From the IMG/VR virus record IMGVR_UViG_3300008255_000388, positions 1-27,986 of that record: DNA of 27,986 bases; one strand, written 5' to 3'. Under the pieces are notes generated by a model. That model searched no databases. It saw only the letters and a program-made list of their open reading frames with translations, and was not told the origin of the DNA. This document shows, piece by piece, positions 15,435-25,800 of this stretch (position 1 is its first letter; each line of letters begins with the position of its first letter). Both the position numbers and the translations under genes were made by a program. Origin of the DNA: a virus. Taxonomy: Duplodnaviria > Caudoviricetes.

Positions 15435-16376
15435 ATGGCTTCAATTTATGCAAAACAAGGTGTCTGGTATTTAAGTTGGTCGGAAGCTGGCAAGCGAGTA
15501 GCCAAAAGTCTCCAACTTAAATCTACCAGGCAGAATAAAAAGTTTGCTGAACAATATAAGATTGATAAAGAGCGTGAATTACTGCAGGGTAGTTCACGTA
15601 TCTTTAACATAAGGTTGTCGGAAGCAATTAAAATGTTTTTATCTACGAAAAGAACTAAAGAAAAAAATACTATTTCCAGATATGGCAGATCACTCCAAAT
15701 ATTCCTGAACTTCTTAGGCGATGTTAATGTTACCCAAATTTCTAATAATGATTTAATTAGCTATGAGCTTGAGTTAAAAGACTATTCAATTCACACAGTT
15801 GAGTCATATATCCGTGATTTACGCATCTTCTTCTCGTTTCTAAGAGCGTCCAACTTAATATCCAACGTAACTGTTAGGAAAGAGAAAAGATACTCACAAA
15901 AGCATATACAAGTGATCCCAGATGATAAAATTATAGAAGTATTGAATTACTTTGAGAGCAGGAACATAGAACATTACAGATATTTAAAATTGTTGTGCTT
16001 AACTGGTTTTAGGAAGGGAGAAGCTCTTAATTTGACTTGGAAGGATATTGATTTTAATGAACAAATAATTAGGCTCTGGAACGAAAAGGATAACCGCGAA
16101 GATGTATTCCCTCTTTATCCCGAATTGTTGCAATTTTTGGGACAGTTTAAGTCTGATGGGAGAGTTTTCAGTTTTGTAGGTTCTAACCACATTGCTAAAA
16201 TATTAAGGAAACAATTTGGGCTAAGATTTAAAGATTTTCGTAGTACATTTGCTACCAATAAAGCAAAGGAATTTAGAACATTTGAACTAAAAGAATTGCT
16301 TCGTCATAAAAAAGTAACTACTACTGAAAAATATTATGTGAATGTAGATGTTAGAAAATTAAGAGATAGGCTCTAA
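15435..16376 (+). CDS. int: Tyrosine recombinase (phage integrase)
   Basis: N-terminal arm-binding domain, TGFRKGE, KDFRSTF, LLRHKKVTTTEKYY; adjacent to attP. Confidence 0.93.
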   Translation: MASIYAKQGVWYLSWSEAGKRVAKSLQLKSTRQNKKFAEQYKIDKERELLQGSSRIFNIRLSEAIKMFLSTKRTKEKNTISRYGRSLQIFLNFLGDVNVTQISNNDLISYELELKDYSIHTVESYIRDLRIFFSFLRASNLISNVTVRKEKRYSQKHIQVIPDDKIIEVLNYFESRNIEHYRYLKLLCLTGFRKGEALNLTWKDIDFNEQIIRLWNEKDNREDVFPLYPELLQFLGQFKSDGRVFSFVGSNHIAKILRKQFGLRFKDFRSTFATNKAKEFRTFELKELLRHKKVTTTEKYYVNVDVRKLRDRL

Positions 16377-16471
16377 TGGTAGTAAAAAAGTAGTGAACTT
16401 TACACAAACATACCTCAAATTACCCCAAAAGTAGTAAAAAGCAATCAAATCAATAAGTTCTAAAACAAACT

Positions 16472-16503
16472 AAAAACCCTCGTAAATGTTTATTTTACAA
16501 GGG
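16472..16503 (-). terminator. Intrinsic terminator downstream of the tRNA 3' fragment
   Basis: Minus strand CCCTTGTAAA-loop-TTTACGAGGG followed by TTTTT. Confidence 0.7.
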
Positions 16504-16512
16504 CTTAGGTCG

Positions 16513-16557
16513 TGGAGCTAGACGGGTTCGAACCGCTGACCTCTTGACTGCCAGTCA
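16513..16557 (-). tRNA. 3' half of tRNA-Ala(GGC), attP core (partial, not a complete gene)
   Basis: TGA CTGGCAG TCAAG AGGTC AGCGG TTCGAAC CCGTC TAGCTCC A; no D arm or 5' acceptor strand upstream. Confidence 0.85.
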
Positions 16558-16713
16558 TAATATAACACCCTATAAGTTGTTTTATTACAGTTGTTTACAT
16601 TTTTATAGTAGTAAATTAAGTAGTAACTTTTACCGAGAATCAGTAAGTGATTCTTTGATTTCAGAAAATAAATGTTCAATTGAATTGCCAATATCACCAA
16701 CACTATTTTATTT

Positions 16714-16759
16714 AAAATAAAAAAAAGGAGTCAACAACTAAGCGACTCCTTTTTATTTT
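16714..16759. terminator. Bidirectional intrinsic terminator after the giant gene
   Basis: AAAAAAGGAGTC-N11-GACTCCTTTTT. Confidence 0.85.
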
Positions 16760-16802
16760 AACAACTACTATTTGTCTGGAGTCTATTCCAGTTAGTAATT
16801 AT

Positions 16803-19800
16803 TTATCTAATCCCTCGCCTTCTTGCTGGTCTTCGCCTTCTTGCTGGTCTTTGCCTTGTGGTGTTTCTAGTTGCAGATTTGCTCGGATTAGCATCACCAT
16901 TAATTTGATATTTGTTAAACTCTCTAGTGAAGGCTGCATATTTTTTATAGTCTATTTTACCGCTTTCTCTTGCGTTCTCTAGTGCTTTTAGGAATTGTTT
17001 CTTTTCTAAATCAGAAAAATCCTTACGTGCCATATCTGGTAACATACCGTAAATAACACTCATATCACTCCACTCACTAGGTTCTCCTACTGCCTTTCTT
17101 ACAATTGGTATCTTATTTAACTGTAAGTCTTCGCCTTTTATTAAGGATGTGCCAGTTCCCAAAGCATTAGTAACAAATTTCCCAGCTCCACCACCTACGA
17201 ACTCAACCATGTGTCCAACTATTTCGGGGTTAAAATCAAGAACCCCAGATTTTATTTCACTTCCGCCAGTAGCTTTATTCAAGAAAGTTGTAATGTCTTG
17301 TAAAATAGGGTTAACAGACTTAAAGTAAAGTTCTGAATCTGGCTTATTTGGCTGAAATGCTGGTTGGTCTTTATAAATAGGTGTACCAAAGAAGTTCTTG
17401 TTTTCAGCAACTTGCACAAATGGGTCAATCAAGGTAGGCGAAAGAACTTGTAACCAACTCCCAGCAGACCCAAATGGATTAAAAGCATCTACAAAAGAAC
17501 CCCCAATCCTTCCAGCTGCAGTTTCTAAATCTGTATCTCCATGAGCATAATCTGCTATTACATTTCCTAAAACACTAAATACGTTATATCCATAAGGCAT
17601 TTTGATTTTCAAATATTTACCATTGCCCATCATAAATATCCAATGATTATCCCTTTCATATTCGGAAAGTTTTCCATATTCATCATCATCGTCCATAAGT
17701 CTATTTAATACACCTTGCATAATACTTAAAGCAACCAAACCACCTGCTATTCTTCTAGCATTTTTACCTTTCATGGCTCTGTACAATCTATTTGCGCCCT
17801 GCGCCCCAGCGTTCCAGAAAAGATAACCTGAATTTATTACGTCTCCCCATTCTCCTTTACGTTCAAAGTTTACAGTTAAATCTTTTGCGTATTGTGCTGC
17901 TTTTTGTTTAGAAACTCCATTTTCACGTAGTGACTTATAAGTTGCTAGTCTTACACCGTTTTCAACCGACATATTAAGTCTCTCAACAAAGTTAATAGTT
18001 GCCCTTGCTACTGGCTTGAATAGTCCTTTTCTGTTGAACCTAATTATTGTTTTCTCGAATGTATCTCCAAGTTCATCAATGCTCTTATAATCCATCCATC
18101 CTATTTTGGCACCGGAGGATTTATATTCTTCATAGTATTTCAACCATTCAGCATCTTTATTGTCGCTTCCTTTGTAGAATGATTTTATAGCAGTAGGAAC
18201 ATCTTTTAATACTTTTGCTGCTATTTTAGCAGATTTTTCACTTCCTGTGTTAATCAAAGCAGTTTGTAAATCTCTTTCAAAGTTGGTTATTAAAAACTCT
18301 GGATTAGCTATCGTAATAACAGTTCTTAAATAGTTATTTGTCATTCTAAGTAATTGTAATGAATTGGAAACCCCAAGTCCTTTGAAGGATTTTAATAGTA
18401 AATTTTCATCCTTAGCACCGCCAAAACGTCCATTGCCATCTTTAAAAACAATTACTTTTTGTTTCGCCTTATAAACTTCGTCACCGTATTCGTCTTCTTC
18501 AATTACTCTTTCAAAATATGCTAGTTCATTGTCTTCTAAATCTTGCTTTTTAAGGGCTCCCATTTCACCAAATTTGTTATAAACTGGCGTTCTTCTTCTC
18601 CCCTTGACTTCGTAAACAGCTTCATTTGGGTGTTCTTCAATATACTTTGCAACTGTTTGTAGAACTTTGTTTTTTTCTGCTCTTACAACTGCGTCTCGAT
18701 AATCCATAATTGCCTGAATAAATGGATTCTCTGGAGTTGAAGTTCTTCCATGAGCTTCCATTATTCCTGTGCTACCAACATTAAATCGTTTTGTCCCTAA
18801 CAATCTGTTATGCTTTCCGCTTTGTCCTTTTAATGGGACATAGTTTTCATATCGTTCAAAACTTTCTATTTGTTCATCTGAAAGGATTCCACCTTCTTCT
18901 AGTTCTTTTATGCTACGTTCAATTACTTGTGATCTAAATTCTTTAGCATATTGTTCAATATTTGTCCCTTTATATTCATCAAGAATTGCCAAAGCAGATT
19001 CATCGGTTATTCCAGAACCATTTTCTTTGCCGTTCTTTTCATAAATATACTCGTTACGTTCAACTGCGTGTTTTGCATAAAGATATTTGCCTAAATCATT
19101 AGTATTTAATCCATCATCATTCAAACGTTTCAAAAAGCCATCTTTAGTGTTTGTCATATATTCTATAACTTTTTCATACTTATTCGCTGCTTTTTGTGTG
19201 AATAGTTCCATCTTAGCATAAATGTCGGTAGCTTCGTTTGTAGGAATCAGCTTTTTAACTCTATTGTTCTTATCAATCAACTTTCTTTCTAACCATTCAG
19301 TTATTGTTTCATCGTCCAAAGGGTTTCCGTTTGATTCTTCAACTTCTGTTTTTGGTAGAGCATATTTGCTCATTTCAGTTTTGAAACTCTTTTGATAAAG
19401 TATATTAGGATTATTTGAGTCAAATTCTCCGCTGTTGTTTGCTAATTTCTTAAACTTCTCTGTTTTGGTTAAGTCGGTTTTTTGGAATAAAGACTGTCCT
19501 TGCAATATGCTTTCTCGCATTTCTGGGCTTATTGGGAAACTATGGACTTTATTATTGTCGTTTATAGACGCTTCTCCAACTTTTACGCCATATTTTTTGC
19601 CAAATTTATTCAAATAACTTGGGAGTATTTTGTCGTAAAAGCCTTTCATACCTTCACCGCCAACTTTGAGATTTTCGCCTTTTAGAGTTTTTGCACCAGT
19701 GCGTATATCTTTACCTATTCTGGTATCGCCTTCGCTATTTTCCATCCGATTAGCAATATCTTTACCTACCAATCCCTCAAGCTCTTTTGCGGAAATATTA

Positions 19801-22800
19801 TTTTTCACAATCAAATTGGCATTCCCATCTTTCTCTGCATTGAAAGAAAACGTTCCGTCTTTCTCTTGCACATAATGGATTGCATCTACTTGTTTACTCA
19901 AATTATATCGTTCTGCTTGTTGCTCGCCAGTAGTAAATGCAATAGCGTCATATCCTTCCTCAACTGCTTTCCTAAGTATATGCTTCATACCTAATTCTTG
20001 CCAATTGGTTTTGAAAGGCATATTTGGTACACCCTCTGGAGAAACTTTTTTAACAGTAAAACCATTTTCATCAGCAACTTTTTTAGCTTCTACATAATTG
20101 TCGAAATATTTGCTACCATCACTTTCTACATTACCATGTAGAGTTCTTCTGCCAGTTGCAGACATTAAAATATAAGCATCGCCCGATTGATACCCTTTTT
20201 TCCTCCCAGTTTGTCCCCAGTCCGATTGTAGTTCTTCCACAAATAAGGTTTTGCCTAAATCTGTTTGTCTGTCGTTTACTCGGTAGTGTAAAAGGATGTT
20301 TGGCTCGTCAAAGTGTCCAGACTCAAAGTCCCCGCCTTTTTTATTTGGCATAGTCAATAAAATTTCACGGTAGTTCTCACCACCTTCAAGCTGAAATTGG
20401 GAGTATTTGGAGGTGTCATACTCGTCTATGTCTGGCTCGGTTGGCTCTTGGGGTGTTTCTGGCATTAAATCGTTGCTCATCCTATCTTCGATTTCATAGA
20501 TTACGCTCCTCATATCTTGCCCTACAAAGTACTCAATTTCGCCCATCATATCAATTTCGGCACGTTCTAAATCTACACTTTCGAAGTAGTCATATTCATC
20601 TAAATACTCTCGTAGGAGTTCCCCACTATATTTATCTCTGGCGTTGTCCCTTTTATCCCTATATGTGTTTTTTATTTGTGACCTAAGACTCGGCAATGTC
20701 TTTTTCGCTTCGTCTTTTTTGTTTTTAAGTATCTCTTTAAATCTTTGCTCGATGGATGAGACTTTGGCTTTTATGTCAGATTCTAATTCACTGACTTCGT
20801 CCTCGTAGCGTTCTAACTCTTTCCCATATGATTTGACTTCTTCTTCATAATCTGCCATTGCGTTTTCATAAGCAAGTTTAGATGTTGCACCCCCCAACTC
20901 CTTAACTTCCAACTTCACATTATTAGCTCTAACATAATCTAATAATTCTGCTTTATTTGCTTTTGGGTTCTTTTCAAGGAATCCCTCAATATCTAACCAT
21001 TCTAATTCAGACTCTTTTGCTCCGTTATTTTTTAACATTGCAATAAGTTGTTTACTTCTTATGGTTCTGCTATCTGGTTGCTTTGAACTTATTAACCTTT
21101 CAACTTGTGAATAAAAAGCATCTTTTAGCTTCTGCATAGCAAAACTAGGCTTACTAAAACCATATTGCTTATTGCCGTTCTTAAATTTACCTTTTGATAA
21201 ATCACTATAAAATTTAGCTTCTTCTCGCATTCCTTTGTCTTTGAACCAATTCGCTATTTTTTGGAAGAATACTTTTAATTTTTCATACAATCTTGCAAGT
21301 GGTCTGTGGTCTGCTTTCTTAAAATCTCTGTAAAATCGTTCTCTATCATTAAAATATGATTCATAGCCTTCTGCAATCCTTTCGTGTGCCTCTCTTAAAC
21401 TTTCGTTAGATACATCAGTAATACTGCCTTTCCCGTCCCAACCAGCTCGTCTAAGCAATAATTCTGCTCGTTGTGGTTCAACTAAGGATAAAGCTATATG
21501 TGTTATCTCGTGTGGTAATGTGGTTAAATCAGCTATGTTTGGATTAACTCTTATAACTAAGTTATTCATTTCAGATAAACCTTTTACAGAAATACCATTA
21601 TTGTCTGTGATTTTATCATCAACTATTATCTTAACGTTATCTGGGAGTAATTCATTAACCAATGCCATTTCGCTTTTTAGCTCTTTTGGTGAAAGAGAGC
21701 TTAATAGTTTGGTATTGGCTTTTTGATAAAGATTGTCGCCACCTTCCATAAGTGTGTTTATTTCATTCTTGGCTACATAAGCTGTTTGCGCGGAACTAAA
21801 TATAAAGGCTTGTACATATCTGCTCCAATAACCACCTCTATTTTTTGCTATGGCTTTAATTTTGCCATAATCATCCGTGCTAGTTTTTACATGGAGTTTA
21901 ACTAAGTAAATGGTATCACCAGTTTTGTCGTGCTTGCCTTCTTCGTAATAGGCTATACCATCATCTTCGTTTATGTCTTCGGGTTTTACAATAACCGAAC
22001 TATCATCATTCTTAGCAACAACTTCTTCTATTGGCAAAGACTCTATGTCCTCAATACCATCAAAGAAATTGTCTATTTTTTCTGCCCTTCTCAAATCCAA
22101 GTCGCCATTTGTCTCAACGTTTTCTCTAGCTTCTTGATTCATTATTTTATCAATAATAATAATTTGTGCGTTTATTTTTGTCCCAGCTTTTTCAAAAACA
22201 ACGGATGGTAATAAAAATCTTTGCCTTACAACTGCGTACTTTTCTGTCTCTAGCCACTTCTCAAACTTGGCGTCAAAAGCTCCTACTGGGGCTAATGCAA
22301 CAACCCTACCTCTATCTCGTAAATGGTTAAATGCTTTCCCTACGTGCTTAATTGCAGTAGAACCAGCACTTCCGAAAGGCGGATTCATTACAACGCTATC
22401 ATATTTATTGATAACATTATAATTTTCAAAAGTATCATTTAGGACTTTTTGTGTTGACCCTTCTGCTCTTGCTACCAACTTAGTATATAAATTATAAGAT
22501 GGTTCAATTGCAGTTAGTTTCACGTTTTGCGGAGTCCACATTGCAATAGCTCCGTGCCCAGCACTAGGCTCTAAAATACTTCCAAAATCTTTTACTCTAG
22601 CCCATTCAACCATTTTTTGTCCTAATGGTTCTGGAGTTGGATAATAGTCAACACCTTCTCTTTGATCTCTGCTACCTCTTATCTTCTGGTTGCCATGATA
22701 AATAAACTTCGCTTGTTGGAAAGGGGTAGCTTCTATGATAGTTCTTTTATCATATTCTTTACCACCAAAACCTTGTCCAAGATTAGGCTTTGCATCAGTA

Positions 22801-25800
22801 GAATTAAATAAAACACCTTCTGAATAAGATCGCAATAAATCTCTGCTTAAATTACCCATTGCAAGGTTTTCGGTTGTACTTACTTTTTTATTTAAGCTAT
22901 GTCCAAAGTGGGCTATTTCACTATCAAGCCCCAATAATGGATATTCAAATATCGCATTACTCGCTTGTCCTACTCTATAAATTCTACCCTCAATCTGTAA
23001 AGCAGTAGTTGAGGATATAGGCATTGAAAGGTTGATTAAAACTCTTTGGAACTCTCCAGTAGTATCGTGCAAAGAAATACCTTCCTTCCCTGCTTCCTCC
23101 TGGACTAACAAAACATTTACTCCATCTGCATCGTTATTAAATGAACTAATGGCATTTATTTTTTCTTTTTTGGTAACAGAACCATTTATAAACTTAATAT
23201 CGCCCTTAAATGCTTCTGCTAGTTGTTCTTTTGCTGGTCGATAATCAAGCGTTTGTTCATATTTTAATAAATCTGCGTATTTCTTCTCAAATTTCGCTAC
23301 TTCTTCTAATGTAGTCTCATTCTTTTTAATTATTTCCGCATATCTTTCTTGGCTGATACTATTGCTTTCTTTCAAAGCGTTAGCATCCTTTATCTCCGCT
23401 TCTGCTTTATTCCTTGTTATATCAATAATATCTCTGAATGGTGCCCTTGCGTTCCCTTGCTGTCTTCTGTGGTAAACTGCAACTTGTCTGCCTAATGCAA
23501 TATGTTCTTTAATCCTGCCAATAACTAGCCCAGCCTTCAAAGATTCAAGCAATTGAGTTGTATAATTATAATTACTGAAAACGTCTCTAGTCGCTTCTTG
23601 TAAAGATGTAAACTCTCTAGTGTCTTCTGCGTGATTGTTTATGTCAGATAACGCTCTATTAAATTCACCATTATTAAAATTTGATACTTGCGGGAATTCT
23701 CTGGAGTAATCATATTCACTATCAATTTGTCGTCCAGACATCACTCCTTCTTTTCTCATTTTTTCGGCAAACTTAATCTCTTGCATTGCAACTGCTTCTG
23801 GGTTAGGTTGGGGATGTGTTTGTAGTTGATGGTATTTCCATTCATAAGCAGAATCAAAGTTATCTAAGAAAAATCTTGCTTCGGGGTTAACTCTGCTATT
23901 ACCAATGTGCGTTTCTTCCGTACCCCAATCAAATAGATATTTATTAACATATTTTAAATTGAAATGACCCCTAAAAGGGGTTGCAGAAAGAAACATTACT
24001 TTTGTATTCCCGGATGCTGTTTTTGCTCTCTCTTCTAATTTTGGTAATATTGCTCGCTGTTTCTCCGTAACGGTACCTAGTTTTTTATCAAGCGCCTTTT
24101 CTCTTTCAACGCTTTTATTATAAACTGACTGCATTGTGTCAAGTGATTTTCTGCTTCCGCCTTCTGTTCTAATTTGGTCGCGTAAATTATTTTCTTCAAC
24201 CCATAAAGGATGGACTTTTTGTATTTTACGCATAACCCAACTTTCGTCAGTATTGCCATTATACCAATGTGCCATTGTGGTTGAACTTGTAGCTCCATTT
24301 TTATCTTCCATTAACCTATGACTTTCGTCATAAATAATCAAATCAAAATCTCTATTGAATAACGCTTCGTTTGCTCTAAAATTTGCAAATGTAGTTATTG
24401 CTTGGGGTTTGCCTTTGTCGGATGTATTTTCTAATGGCACTAAATTGATATTTAGTATCTTTGCTTCATTTACCCAATCATCAATTTTAGGTTGTGTCGG
24501 AGTAACTATTAAGATGTTTTCTTTACCAGATTTAATAAATCTTTTTACTACGCCTAAGCCAGTAAAGGTCTTTCCAGTTCCAGTCCCATTGGTAAACAAC
24601 ATACCTTTGCCTGGAGTAGCAGAAAAATATCTAGCTTCTGCCTTAAATACATCTTCTCTTTGGTCTGGTAATAAATATGGGAGTGTTTCGTCAATATTGG
24701 CTCTATCACCAATTTTAACTAGTTTGCTTTCGGCTTCGTCTTGGAGTCTTTTAGTCCTTGCCTTTCGTTTCTTAAAACTCTCGATAGCATTTCCTGAACT
24801 TGGCTTACTTCCGTTTCCGTTAGGCTCGTTTCCGTCTGTGCCAAATATGTTGCTTCCTCTACCGTCAAAATCTCCGGCATCATCTTCCGTAGTCCCAGTT
24901 GGTTCGTTTTGTTCAGGTATTCCGTTATGGGTTGGTTCGCCATCAATAGTGGAAGAACTTTTATTACTGCCCTTGCTGCTGTTTTTGTTATCCCTTGTTC
25001 CGTCATTAACTTCGCCAAAGAGATTTCTTCCATAGTCGCTTGGTTCTCCGTCATTTGAAATAAGGCTTTCATCAAGGGAGACGTTATCGCCACTTGCTTG
25101 GCTATTTGGTTCGCTATTTCCTGGTCTATCAGATACATTTTCTTCCTCATTGTTAATGTACGATTCTTGTCCCGCATTGTCAACATCAAATAAATCTTCA
25201 TACTTAAAATTTCTAACAGTTTTTGTTGAATCTAATTCATCTAAAATATCGTCTGGCGCAATTTGCTTGAATAATCCGTATGCTTGTTTTAGGTGTTCAA
25301 TTATTTGCTTAACCTTTCCACCCATTTGTTCATGTAGTTCTGCAACAACATCAGCAAATTTATAAACCCCTTTTTCTGTATAATAAGAGAGTAATTTTAC
25401 AGCACCAACTAATTTGGTTGGGTCAATTCCACTATTCAAATTACCAAAATCTTTCATCATATCGTCCAATAACTCTTTCGCTTTTTTATCGGACTTTCCT
25501 ATCTTGGCTTTATATTTTGCTCTCCTCTTACTTTTAGCATCTTCAACCTTTGGAGTAGGTTCTACTTCTTTCGGGCTGTCCTCAACATCTTGGCTCTTTG
25601 GCTTACTGTCTGCAAACACATCAAAAGTGTCATTATCAATTGGCTTGTCAATCTCTTTTAAGGCTTCTTCTGCTCTCCGTTCAACTTCCTCGTCTCGGCT
25701 CTCCTTTTCGGTGCGAGACGCTTTTTCGCTTTCGCTAAAATTTCTGATAGCTCCCGCCTTGCTCTCAATATCTTTCCTAAGTTTATCAAATTCCTCCGCT

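Larger units (their letters stand above)
16378..16630. other. attP region: core plus arm-type repeats and IHF-like site
   Basis: GTAGT(A/G)A repeats at about 16379, 16390, 16431, 16608 and 16620 on both sides of the tRNA-derived core; AATCAATAAGTT at 16448-16459. Confidence 0.8.

Noticed and set aside
16513-16557. Functional tRNA-Ala gene
   Set aside because: Only the 3' half is present; it is the att core
16518-16703. 61-aa ORF across attP
   Set aside because: Overlaps the tRNA core and arm sites; no SD; likely spurious
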